The notes below the pieces were generated by a model. It had not been told where the DNA came from. It made no database searches and worked only from the letters and a program-made list of their open reading frames with translations. From positions 1-64,000 of the IMG/VR virus record IMGVR_UViG_3300046170_000478: a stretch of 64,000 nucleotides of DNA; one strand, written 5' to 3'. Each line of letters begins with the position of its first letter. The stretch's first letter is position 1. Positions 46,067-56,351 of this stretch are shown here, piece by piece. Position numbers and translations under genes: made by a program. The DNA comes from a virus.

Positions 46067-49000
46067 ATGGCTACCAGTCTAAATGCATCCCTAAATGTCT
46101 CTCTAAACCCGCAGAGCCTGAATGCTTCTACGAAGCAGGTTCAACAAGCTTTAGGGAGAATCACGGGACAAGCTTCGGAGTTCCAGAAATCTCTGGATGC
46201 TTCCACTGCTCGTGTCTTTGCATTTGGAGCTACTACCGCCGTTCTAAACGGAGTAACTCAATCTTTTAAAAAATTAGTTTCTTCAACTATTGAAGTAGAA
46301 AAACGATTAATTGAAATAAACTCTATTTTTCAAGCTACTGACGCGACATTTAATAAATTTAGGAATTCAATATTTAAGGTTGCAAAAGAAACTGGCCAAT
46401 CATTTGCGACCGTTGCAGATGGTGCTGCTGAATTAGCTAGACAAGGTCTAAGCGCAGAAGAGACCGCTAAAAGACTAAAAGCGTCTTTAGTCCTAACGAG
46501 AATCTCTGGATTAGATGCAGAGAAATCTGTCAAAGCCCTCACTGCTGCGATTAACGGTTTCGCATCCGCTGGATTAAACGCAAATCAAATCGTCAATAAA
46601 CTGGTTGCTGTTGACACGGCTTTCGCTGTATCTGCTCAGGATTTGGCAGAGGCATTTAGTCGTGCTGGATCTACAGCGGAGGATGCTGGGGTTAGTTTTG
46701 ATCAGCTTTTGGGGCTTGTCACAGCTGTAGAACAAAAGACCGCTAGGGGAGGAGCAGTTATTGGTAACGCATTTAAATCTATTTTTACTAGAATATCTAG
46801 GGGCAGTACAATTGATAAACTTAAAGAGTTGGGGGTTGAAATTGATGCGACTCAAACAGGAATTCAAAAACTCAATGCTTTATCTGTAGCTTTGCAGAAT
46901 GTCTCCGATCCAACTGTAGCTTCTCAAATCAAAGAACTCGCAGGTGGCGTCTTTCAAATTAACGTTGTTAGTGCTGCTTTAAAAGACTTGGGTTCTGATA
47001 CTTCTATATTTGCCAGTGCAGCGAGAACAGCCTCTCAAGCCACAAATGAAGCTTTTGAAAAAAATGCAGAGTTAAGTAAATCAATATCATCTCAAATAAA
47101 TGTACTTGTTCAGGGTTTAACTAGTCTTTCTGAAAAGATAGGGACAATTACTTTTGGGCCTCTTCTAAAAAACCTAATTGGTTTAGCTAATAAGTTTACG
47201 GAGTTTTTGGATAATGCTCTTGATCCAGAGAAGGGTAATACGTTTATTAAAGGATTATTTAAAGCCATAGGTAGTTTCTTGAGTGGCCCCGCTGTAGTCA
47301 TCTTTACAGCAGCTTTTGTTAAGATTTTCAAATTAGTCGCTAGGTTCGCTGGAGACGGATTAAAATCCTTGTTCGCGATTGGAACCCAGACAGAGAGGAT
47401 TAAAAATATTGAAGGAGGGATCGTCGGTTTGCTGCAAAAGGATGAAAGCCTTAGGAATGCAATTACAAGCTCGACAATAACTCAAGCTCAAAAGGAACAA
47501 TTAGTTTTAAATGCTATAAGGAGCGAAAATAAACTTTTGGAGCGACAAGCCCAGTTAGTGAGGCAAATTGCGACCTCTGCTGCCGCAAAAGGTGTGACTG
47601 GGTTTAGTGCTACTTCTGGGACTTTTAAGGGTCGGCGGGGCAAGCGTTATGCTTCTGGATTCATGGAGGAAGAGGCTACCGCTAGAATGCTTGGCGCTCC
47701 TGATAATGTGCAAGCTCATTTCGGTAAGGGAACTATTGGTGGACGTAGATTTGTCATGAATGACAATGAGGTAGAGATACCTAATTTTGCAGGAGGAAAT
47801 TCTGCTGTTATCCCCATGTATGCTGGAGGAAATCTACCCAAATATAACAGGGGGTTTTTATCTCCACTCAAAAATAGGACAGATATAACAACTAGGCAAC
47901 AAGCTATAGATGCTGGATATAGTGGAGCTGCTGCCAGTAGTAGATTCGGAGCAGCCCCGAAGGTTGCGCCTACTCAAAAAATGGAGGATGTAATTCAAGT
48001 TAATCCTACTGGATCAGCTATGCTTGTTCCGAATATAGGTAAAACTTCTAGAATAAATAAGGGGACTAGAGGTAGATTTAAATTCAAGGGCAAGAACATG
48101 GGGTTTGAATACGGGGCGGGATTGGGTGTTTATGGACCCAAGGTTCCAGAAACTGTTGATGGAGCAGCCAACCCTCAAGACGAAAGACTGAGGAAGAATA
48201 TAACAAGAGGGGTTACTACAAGTGCAGCAAACTATGCTGGATCGTTAAATCCTATTCTAGGTAAGCCTAAACCATCTCAAATTAGCAAAATGCTACAAAG
48301 ACAGGGTGGTGGTAAAGGAGCACTCAGAGGAGTTGTTGGCGCGGCATTTGAAGCTGCTGTTAATGTTGGATTAGGAATAAGTCCAGCCCGAAAGGTAGAT
48401 GGTGGAGATTTTGATATTAAGGGGGTTAGTGGAGAGAAACGCAAAGATGTTAACACCATGTTTGGAGTTAAAAACCAAGCAACAAACCTGTATGATTATA
48501 AGGAGAATGCTGGAAAGAATAGTTATTCTAGTTTTGCTAAAAAATTAGCTAACCAAGGGAGATACACTACTGTTAAGAGGCCCAAGTTTTCTAAGAAAGG
48601 TTTTGCTGGAGGATATATGCCTAAGTTTGCTAAAGGGGCTACTGGTGGAGGCGGTGGAGGCGGCGGATTGATGATCGGTCTTTTCGCACTACAAGGAGTT
48701 TTAGGAGGTGTTACATCAAGTTACGAACAGAATAAAAGTGCTGTAGAGGCAGATACTGAAGAAAAAATACAAGCTCTGAAACAGTCTAAAAAGAGCTATA
48801 AAGAAATAAGCTCTGGGATAAAAGCGCTTAAAGAAGAGGGTAAAGCTAGGGGAGAAGCCAAGACTGCTATGGAGGTTCTAGCAGAAAAAGCTATGTTGGC
48901 GGCGAACGCATTAATAACTTTAAGCACCTTGAATATGGTTACTGGAGGAGGGTTAGGTAAGGCTGGAAGTTTTTTGATGGGTAAAGGTGGAAAAGCCGCA

Positions 49001-50929
49001 AAGTTGACTCAAGCTCAGAATAAGGCTAGACACGCTAAAGAACTGAAACAATTTAGAAAAAACAAGGCATCAGGTATGAATCCTGCAGATGCTCAAAAAG
49101 CAGCTAGATCTACCGTAGCCAAGAGGGGAATGATGGGAACTGCTGCCAAACGACTGGGCGTGGTTGGATCGATAGGTTTCGGGGGTTATGAAGCTGGGTC
49201 AGCTTTCTTTGATGATAGCCTAGAGCAAGAGCAGAAAGATGAAAGATATAAAAGTGCTGCTGGCTCTACAACAGGAGCTTTGGTAGGTGGATTGGTTGGT
49301 TCTATACTTGGCCCAATAGGTACAATTGTCGGATCGGCTGCTGGAGGATATTTAGGTGGTAAACTGGGAGACTCTGAAGGAGCAGATAGTGCTGTAGCGA
49401 CTAGGCGAGAAGAGTCTTTCAAAGAAGCTCAGACTTTTGGGATGTTAGATTTTAATGCATCTGATTTTCAAGAAGCTATTGAGGAAAATCTAGACGCGAT
49501 TACCGCTCAAGATGGCTTTGAAGCGGCAGCAAATCTTCAAAAAGCTTATGATGATGCTTTGGCAGCAAAAGCCCAATTACTAGATGAAGCTAAAAAAGGA
49601 GAAGTTTCAGAAAAAGATAGGGTCGCTATTCAAGAACGACTAGATCAAGCTTCCATGAGGCTTGCTGGGGTTAGATTCAAATCTGCTGCAGATGAAAGTG
49701 CAAATATAAAAGCTATAGCTCAAACAGAAAGAAAAATAGTTGCGTCAAGTGATGCTCTAGCTAAGGCTAGAAAAGAATTAGCTGATAAAACCCTAGATAT
49801 GGCTGCTAGGGTTAAGAGAGAACAATCTCAGGGTAAACTAAGGACTCAATTATCTCAATCTGTTTCTGGACCGTTTGCTGGAGCTGTAGGATTAGCTTCT
49901 GAACAAAACCTAATGTTTAGAGATATTAATGTAGCTAAGAATGAAAAAGTAAATGCTGAAGCTGCTCTAAGGGCAGGTCAGAAGATTGGAGTTTCAGGAG
50001 AGGAGTTACAAGATCTTAAAGATGCTGTAAGCTCCGCTGGAGAAAACTTTGAATCAACTGTCAATAACGCTGCAGTTTCATTCAAGAATAAAATGGTAGC
50101 CCTTGAAAAGGGTATTGCAGATATAGATAAGCAAAAGGCGAAACTAAGAGAAAAGGAAGTTCAAGCCTCAGAAAACTTTATTCAAAAAGTTGTGGCAGGA
50201 AATAAAGGAGGAGGGTCATTGAATTTCCTGATGGACTCTATGACTAATCTTAAAGCTTTTACAAAAGATATCCAAGCTAGAAAATCCGCCGTAGAAAAAC
50301 AAGGGGGGACTTTTGAAATGACAAGAGAAGAAGTCCGTAAATTAGCTCAAATGCAAGCCGCTGTTGAGCAAGGTGGAGAGAACGCAGGTCTCTCTCAAAA
50401 CTTCTCTGAACTAATTAAAAAACTAGCGCCTGAACTTTCTAAAATATTTTCTGGAGAGGGGGCAATGGGGGCGAAAGCTAGAGCTAGAGCCATGTTCGGG
50501 GACGAAGAGTCTAGAGCTGAATTTGAGAGAAGATATGGGAAAGGAGCTATTGACAAAATTCTTGCTGGAGAAGGGATGTCAGAGAAAAAAGCGATAGATG
50601 AATTGACTAAAACTCAAGAAGATTTAAGAGCGCAACTAGAGATAACTAGGAAAAATTATGAAAAGCTTAATACAGATGCTGATACTGCAGCCCTAGCTGC
50701 GAATATAACAAACCTAGCTACAGAAATGGAAATGGCTGCTCGTGGCTTATTTGAACTTAATGATTTCTCCGCTAGAATTACAAAAACAGTAACAGATACA
50801 AGTGGATTGATAACCACAAATGCAGCTTTCGTTGAAACTCAGAAAGGTTTAATATCTGCTCTAACTTTAGAGTTAGCCAATCTGAAAATTAAAGTTGATG
50901 ACCTTTCTGCAGATTCAGATCTTAAATAA
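46067..50929 (+). CDS. Tail tape measure protein (TP901-like core)
   Basis: 1620 aa, Ala-rich helical; 'ELARQG...AVDTAFAVSAQDLAEA..RAG..A...GVSFDQL...GNAFKSIFTRI'. Confidence 0.9.
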   Translation: MATSLNASLNVSLNPQSLNASTKQVQQALGRITGQASEFQKSLDASTARVFAFGATTAVLNGVTQSFKKLVSSTIEVEKRLIEINSIFQATDATFNKFRNSIFKVAKETGQSFATVADGAAELARQGLSAEETAKRLKASLVLTRISGLDAEKSVKALTAAINGFASAGLNANQIVNKLVAVDTAFAVSAQDLAEAFSRAGSTAEDAGVSFDQLLGLVTAVEQKTARGGAVIGNAFKSIFTRISRGSTIDKLKELGVEIDATQTGIQKLNALSVALQNVSDPTVASQIKELAGGVFQINVVSAALKDLGSDTSIFASAARTASQATNEAFEKNAELSKSISSQINVLVQGLTSLSEKIGTITFGPLLKNLIGLANKFTEFLDNALDPEKGNTFIKGLFKAIGSFLSGPAVVIFTAAFVKIFKLVARFAGDGLKSLFAIGTQTERIKNIEGGIVGLLQKDESLRNAITSSTITQAQKEQLVLNAIRSENKLLERQAQLVRQIATSAAAKGVTGFSATSGTFKGRRGKRYASGFMEEEATARMLGAPDNVQAHFGKGTIGGRRFVMNDNEVEIPNFAGGNSAVIPMYAGGNLPKYNRGFLSPLKNRTDITTRQQAIDAGYSGAAASSRFGAAPKVAPTQKMEDVIQVNPTGSAMLVPNIGKTSRINKGTRGRFKFKGKNMGFEYGAGLGVYGPKVPETVDGAANPQDERLRKNITRGVTTSAANYAGSLNPILGKPKPSQISKMLQRQGGGKGALRGVVGAAFEAAVNVGLGISPARKVDGGDFDIKGVSGEKRKDVNTMFGVKNQATNLYDYKENAGKNSYSSFAKKLANQGRYTTVKRPKFSKKGFAGGYMPKFAKGATGGGGGGGGLMIGLFALQGVLGGVTSSYEQNKSAVEADTEEKIQALKQSKKSYKEISSGIKALKEEGKARGEAKTAMEVLAEKAMLAANALITLSTLNMVTGGGLGKAGSFLMGKGGKAAKLTQAQNKARHAKELKQFRKNKASGMNPADAQKAARSTVAKRGMMGTAAKRLGVVGSIGFGGYEAGSAFFDDSLEQEQKDERYKSAAGSTTGALVGGLVGSILGPIGTIVGSAAGGYLGGKLGDSEGADSAVATRREESFKEAQTFGMLDFNASDFQEAIEENLDAITAQDGFEAAANLQKAYDDALAAKAQLLDEAKKGEVSEKDRVAIQERLDQASMRLAGVRFKSAADESANIKAIAQTERKIVASSDALAKARKELADKTLDMAARVKREQSQGKLRTQLSQSVSGPFAGAVGLASEQNLMFRDINVAKNEKVNAEAALRAGQKIGVSGEELQDLKDAVSSAGENFESTVNNAAVSFKNKMVALEKGIADIDKQKAKLREKEVQASENFIQKVVAGNKGGGSLNFLMDSMTNLKAFTKDIQARKSAVEKQGGTFEMTREEVRKLAQMQAAVEQGGENAGLSQNFSELIKKLAPELSKIFSGEGAMGAKARARAMFGDEESRAEFERRYGKGAIDKILAGEGMSEKKAIDELTKTQEDLRAQLEITRKNYEKLNTDADTAALAANITNLATEMEMAARGLFELNDFSARITKTVTDTSGLITTNAAFVETQKGLISALTLELANLKIKVDDLSADSDLK

Positions 50930-50946
50930 AGTGACTAAAATTTAAA

Positions 50947-52494
50947 ATGGCTAGCTTAATAGTAACAAATGTTTTAACTTCTTCGGTTCAGATAGAATAT
51001 TCTTATCTGAACACTGAGGAGCTATTTGGCTATAAGGTTGTTGGATCTTATCAGATTGACGTTTCTGATATTAATATTGAACAAGAAGACACTACTTTAG
51101 TTAAAGGCAGGGACGCTATTGAAAGCGCCTACAATAGACCAAACATTACAGCAAGAATCGGAGCTGATGATTATATAAATGGTCAAATAACTTCATATAG
51201 TTTTGATGCGGGGACTCTAGTAGGATCTGAAGTTGTATCTATTACAATAGAAGAGTATAGAAGATTAGATGATTATTCTTCTTCTGAGTTTGCAAAATAC
51301 ATTCCAAACCCTCATGCAATATCTAGTTTTTCTGAGTCTTATGATTTCTCTAGAAATGGCTCTGATTACAGCTCAAGTAGAAAGATATCCTTAACATATA
51401 TTCAAGATGCGGGAGATCAATTTCTCAATAATGCCAAGACCTTTTTAACTAATTATTATTTCGGTAATAGACCTGACTTTGGTTATCAAGAAGATGGAAT
51501 ATCTGAAAACGCTAAAATTAGCGATAATTTTCGGGGATTGATCAGTGAGACTTATGATCTTATTGGGCTAAGCGTTTCTTTAGAGGAGAATGTGAATTCT
51601 TCAATAGTTGATGATGCTAATAAGGTCAGTAAGAAAGAGACTCAAAACTTGAGTATTGATGAAAGAGGTTACTTAAACAAAACTATAAATATAGATCTTA
51701 CTTCTCTTAGATTAGATTCTGAAAATGTTATCAATGCAGCTATAGCAAATATTATTGACGCGAAGAAGGCTGAAGAACAAGTTGAATTTGGCAACCCACA
51801 TTCTATATCTAAAGCAGTCTCTACAGACGGAAATAAAGCAACTATCTCCCTTTCTTTTTCAACAGATCCCAAAAAATCTCAAGAGAATGTGATATCATAT
51901 TCTGGAACCGAGAGTAAAGATGGAAGATTTATAAGTTATTCATTATCTATAGAATACGTATCGGATGGAAAGAACAATATAGATAAATTTAAAAATACTA
52001 GGGCTTCTTGGGGAAACGAGCAGCCTCTATATCCATTAAAAATTCGTAGATTATTTCATCCTACATTTCAATTTTTTGAAAAGAGTAGGTCAACAAACTT
52101 CTTAAAAACCGAGGGAAAGATTACTGAGAGTGTAGTATTCACTAGTGATGATGCATATCAATCATCTGACGATGGATTACTTAAATTTAAAAAAACTTTA
52201 AATAAAGCAAATCAAATTAATAGATTGGAGAAATTTTTAAATTTAGAAGATTTAACAGATCAGATTGTACAGAGTAATCTAAAAACTGTCGGACAAGCGA
52301 GCGTGTCAGCTGAAGCTACAGTTAGTCAAAGTGCAGGAATACTCAAAGCCAAAGAAATTTTACAATCAAAAACTGCGGAATTAAATGAATTGGTTGATGA
52401 GGATGTTATTCATATTACCTCGGATACAACAAGTCTAAACCTAGGGGACGGGAAAGCTACTAGAAACTTAACTTATTTATTTATTGAAGAGTAA
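50947..52494 (+). CDS. Tail tip/baseplate protein (putative)
   Basis: Follows the TMP; beta-rich. Confidence 0.55.
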   Translation: MASLIVTNVLTSSVQIEYSYLNTEELFGYKVVGSYQIDVSDINIEQEDTTLVKGRDAIESAYNRPNITARIGADDYINGQITSYSFDAGTLVGSEVVSITIEEYRRLDDYSSSEFAKYIPNPHAISSFSESYDFSRNGSDYSSSRKISLTYIQDAGDQFLNNAKTFLTNYYFGNRPDFGYQEDGISENAKISDNFRGLISETYDLIGLSVSLEENVNSSIVDDANKVSKKETQNLSIDERGYLNKTINIDLTSLRLDSENVINAAIANIIDAKKAEEQVEFGNPHSISKAVSTDGNKATISLSFSTDPKKSQENVISYSGTESKDGRFISYSLSIEYVSDGKNNIDKFKNTRASWGNEQPLYPLKIRRLFHPTFQFFEKSRSTNFLKTEGKITESVVFTSDDAYQSSDDGLLKFKKTLNKANQINRLEKFLNLEDLTDQIVQSNLKTVGQASVSAEATVSQSAGILKAKEILQSKTAELNELVDEDVIHITSDTTSLNLGDGKATRNLTYLFIEE

Positions 52495-54098
52495 TGTCTG
52501 AACAAATTACATATGGAACTTATACTTTCCCAACTCCTGTCCCTTTCGTTGGACAAGGGGTTGAGCCTGTTTACCTTGGAGGCAAGGCTGACCACTTTAG
52601 AAATACGGTTGAACTCGTAGGCAACTTAACTGGAGAAAATTTAAGTGGTTTACACTTGCAGAAGATGCAAATGGTTAGTGGTTTAATGTCAACATTTGAA
52701 ACTCTTACCGTTTCTCATGACGCAGGTAATAAGACTTTTACACAAGCAAAGCCTGAGACGATTTCTTTTTCTGATTCTGACTTGAGTACTGTCTTGCCAT
52801 ATTCTGTATCTTTTAGCTGTTATAAATCGGAAGACTTTTCTGAATTTTTTGGAATAACTAATCCTACCGATACTTGGTCTTTTAATGAACAAGATGGTCG
52901 TATTGTAGAAGCAAGCCACAATGTTTCAGCACAAGGTTTAAAAGTTGATGCGACCTCTCCACTGGTAAATGCTAGACACTTTGTGACTGGTAGGACAACA
53001 GGTTATCGTGATTTAAGTCTATTTTTGACTGGAGCGACAGGCTATTTGATGTCTAGAACAGAGAATATAGACAGGAGCCAGAATACCTACGGGTTGCAAG
53101 AAACTTATCGTTATAACTCAAGCGAGTATATGAAGACTGGTTTATCTGGAGTTTTTTCATCAGACTGTTCTATATCTTACGAGAAAGAAGCTGGCTTAAG
53201 CGTGAATGTTAATGCTAGTATTCAAGGGGACTTTGATTCCATTAGAAACTCCGAGGGTCTTGTGACTACAGGACTATTTACAGCGTCTCAAGCTCAAGAA
53301 ATTGCAGTTAACGCCATCGCGTCTTCCCTCTCTGATTATGAAAGCGGAATCTATACCTTTATGGATAGAGGTCCGAAAACAGTATCTTATGATATAGATA
53401 CTGGAACTAATGTTATTAACTTTTCCTATGTATTCTCTGACCCTGAAAATACAGACCAAGTCGGCAATGTTTCGCACAAGAGAAGTTCTTCTGTAAACGC
53501 CAGCAAAGATGATTCAAAAGTTAAAGTTTCAATTCAGGGAGAATTTAAATATAATTCTCCTTTTGAAGTTATCCCTACTGGAGACCCAGCTACTGGGCAA
53601 AGGTTTATTGAAATAGATGAGCAATATAGTGGGATAGCTACTGGGTCTGGGTTTTTAAATTTAGCTATTGAGGCTTTGCAAGACTTTACGGGTTATGCAA
53701 CTGGATACTATATAAGTGGAGACTATATTAATCCTGAGCCTCTTAGTAGGTCCATTTCTAAAAATCCATCTGATAGTATCATTAATTACTCATTAGAATT
53801 TGATAATAGGCCAGATCTTTCTAATGGAACCCTGACAGGTTTGAAAGTTACTTTAACTGATAAGCAACCATTGGAGCGAAGTGGAATAGTTCCAAGTTTA
53901 GGGGGGTTTGCAAAACAAAAAATAAATAACCGTAGTGCAGGAGAGTTTTCTGCGTCTGCTGTTTGTGAAGCCTCAACAGGACAGTTGCAAGAACTAAAAG
54001 ATGTTGTGAGTGGATATATGACAGGAGTATATATATTTTCTGAGTCAAGTAGTTTAAATGACAATTCTATTTCTTATAATGTAAGTAGGTACTATTAA
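52494..54098 (+). CDS. Tail tip/baseplate protein (putative)
   Basis: Coupled ORF in the tail operon. Confidence 0.55.
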   Translation: MSEQITYGTYTFPTPVPFVGQGVEPVYLGGKADHFRNTVELVGNLTGENLSGLHLQKMQMVSGLMSTFETLTVSHDAGNKTFTQAKPETISFSDSDLSTVLPYSVSFSCYKSEDFSEFFGITNPTDTWSFNEQDGRIVEASHNVSAQGLKVDATSPLVNARHFVTGRTTGYRDLSLFLTGATGYLMSRTENIDRSQNTYGLQETYRYNSSEYMKTGLSGVFSSDCSISYEKEAGLSVNVNASIQGDFDSIRNSEGLVTTGLFTASQAQEIAVNAIASSLSDYESGIYTFMDRGPKTVSYDIDTGTNVINFSYVFSDPENTDQVGNVSHKRSSSVNASKDDSKVKVSIQGEFKYNSPFEVIPTGDPATGQRFIEIDEQYSGIATGSGFLNLAIEALQDFTGYATGYYISGDYINPEPLSRSISKNPSDSIINYSLEFDNRPDLSNGTLTGLKVTLTDKQPLERSGIVPSLGGFAKQKINNRSAGEFSASAVCEASTGQLQELKDVVSGYMTGVYIFSESSSLNDNSISYNVSRYY

Positions 54099-54099
54099 T

Positions 54100-55488
54100 A
54101 TGAGCGAAAAAGGTTTAAATTACTCTTTAACAGAATCATTGGGAAATAATAATGACTTACTTGTCTTTTATAATTTTTCTGGGCTTAGTGGTAGGCATAT
54201 CGGAATTGATAATAGAGCAGGAACCAAATATTCTGTTATAGAAAATTGCGAGCCAGTAAATGATACAGGAATATATAGCGGGGTTGTAGTTGGGTTGGGT
54301 TCTACCACAGATGCAGGAACTAAAGAGCTAACTACAGGAACATTTTTAATCAATGATAAAGCAGACTTGTCTGAATCAAACTTGCAAATTACAGGTACCG
54401 AGACATTGCCTTATTCCAATTGCTCTGTGATCATGGACTTTGAATTTAATGGGGAAGTGAATGATTGCGTATTATTTGGTTCTCTTGAGAAGAGTTCAAC
54501 AACCATCAATGATCAAGTTATAACGGGAGCAAAAGGATTCAATTTTGGCATAACAGATAGAGGAAAGCTTTTTTACCAAGGTTTTGGCAAAGACGGGGAT
54601 TTCATATATACTTCTAGTGATTTAGAATTATCTAAAAGAAACATAATTAGTTTTTCCCTTGGATTTAATCAAGTCACCATGTGCAAATATGACTTCTTCA
54701 ATCAACAAATTGATAAGGATGATTTCAATGTTGACACATCTTATATTGCTAATAATGAAGATTTTTACATCGGGGGTTCTAATCAATATTTTAGAGGGAC
54801 GAACGGAGAATTTAAGACTTCTAATGTAAGCCTAAATTCCTTCGCTTTACTATCGGGTTATATTTCTCCTAATACTATATTTGGTCTGGGTAGTGGAATG
54901 ATAGGAAATTACTTCACCTCTTCTGAATCAGCTACAACGGAGACTAGAATTACAGGATATCATCAAACCACAGTTTATGAAACGGGTATAACTGGGTACG
55001 ACTATGAGGATACTGGAAGTATTAACCTGTCTACGGGAAGAGGAATGCTTACAGGAAACTTCTCTTTTGATTCAAATACTAATACGGGAGAGGGCGATAG
55101 ATATTTTGTTTATAGATTTTTTGATGTAAACCAAGTAACTGGGTTTGTAAAAGAAGAGGTCGGGTTTCTACATCCAGATTCTGGTTATCAATACTTGCCG
55201 ACTGGAGACACTTCTGCATTTGATACCTTGGGATTACAAGATGTCGAGGGAGCAGTAGCAGAGTATATAGAACAAAGGGGTATATCTGGAGCGGCTGCTA
55301 TTTCTGTTCAGCTATTTGGATCTAGAATACAAACAGGAGTCTTAGATAAAATAAGTGGAGTTATTCAAGAGCCTATGTACGAGACTGTGATAGATAATCC
55401 CAAGTCTGATAATTCAGGTATTAGGATGGACGTAAGTGGAGAGTATTTGAAGAAAGATTACATTTATTATTTAGGAGATAGGATATGA
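54100..55488 (+). CDS. Virion protein with a LamG/concanavalin-like domain (putative)
   Basis: 'LLVFYNF', 'GFNFGITDRGKLF', 'FYIGG' pattern. Confidence 0.5.
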   Translation: MSEKGLNYSLTESLGNNNDLLVFYNFSGLSGRHIGIDNRAGTKYSVIENCEPVNDTGIYSGVVVGLGSTTDAGTKELTTGTFLINDKADLSESNLQITGTETLPYSNCSVIMDFEFNGEVNDCVLFGSLEKSSTTINDQVITGAKGFNFGITDRGKLFYQGFGKDGDFIYTSSDLELSKRNIISFSLGFNQVTMCKYDFFNQQIDKDDFNVDTSYIANNEDFYIGGSNQYFRGTNGEFKTSNVSLNSFALLSGYISPNTIFGLGSGMIGNYFTSSESATTETRITGYHQTTVYETGITGYDYEDTGSINLSTGRGMLTGNFSFDSNTNTGEGDRYFVYRFFDVNQVTGFVKEEVGFLHPDSGYQYLPTGDTSAFDTLGLQDVEGAVAEYIEQRGISGAAAISVQLFGSRIQTGVLDKISGVIQEPMYETVIDNPKSDNSGIRMDVSGEYLKKDYIYYLGDRI

Positions 55489-56351
55489 TTTACGACTCTG
55501 TTATATTTACTGGTGACACTACAATTTCTGGATGCTCTTCTTCGGACTTGCATACAGATAATTTTCTTTTATTAAACAAAGATGTAGCGGGGTCTCAAGA
55601 TGTCGTTTATTATGACCGAAGAGTATCTCTTGAGGATAGGAGATTTCAATTATCTTTAAATGGCCAAACTTTAACTCAGGAGGTTCCGATAACTGGGCTA
55701 GCAATTAATGAGATATCTTACCAAATAAATACTGGAGATTTCTTTATTAAAGATGAGGAGAGTAATCCGATTGATAAAAGCAGAATATTTTTTGACCAGA
55801 CCACCCCAGCAAATGCTTTAGATGATATTTCTTATAATCTAGTTTCTGGTTCTGGGATAATCGCTGCAACAGGAGATTTCGGACAATCCTTAAAAACAAG
55901 TATCACTGATGGTATCGGGACAACATCAATTGCTTTCAATGAATGCGATTATTTTTTAAATGGTCAAAAGGTTTATTCTGGTGTTGGCGTTGGAGTTTCT
56001 GTTGGGACAGAGTCTAATTTCATACCTCTTTTTGGAGGAGCTGGATCAGAAGCCCAAAATGTCGGAGGTGTAGTCACAACAAATAATAAAAATGAATTTA
56101 AATACTCTGCTTACAAGAAGAGATTTAGGTCAGACTCTGTAACAGGGGTAAATCCTGATGTTTTTGGTTCTGGATTTATAGAGAAAAGAACAAATTATTA
56201 TATTAATGGAGTTTCAGAGCTTCAATCTAACTATCTAGAGCTTTATACAGGTGTAAGTATAATAAAATCAGGAGTTAATGCTTTGATTAGTGGATCTATC
56301 GAGGGGAATAAGTTCACTGTAGAAACATTAGTAGAAGATATTATTTTATGA
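55485..56351 (+). CDS. Virion structural protein (putative)
   Basis: Repeated 'LNGQ/INGV' beta motifs. Confidence 0.5.
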   Translation: MIYDSVIFTGDTTISGCSSSDLHTDNFLLLNKDVAGSQDVVYYDRRVSLEDRRFQLSLNGQTLTQEVPITGLAINEISYQINTGDFFIKDEESNPIDKSRIFFDQTTPANALDDISYNLVSGSGIIAATGDFGQSLKTSITDGIGTTSIAFNECDYFLNGQKVYSGVGVGVSVGTESNFIPLFGGAGSEAQNVGGVVTTNNKNEFKYSAYKKRFRSDSVTGVNPDVFGSGFIEKRTNYYINGVSELQSNYLELYTGVSIIKSGVNALISGSIEGNKFTVETLVEDIIL

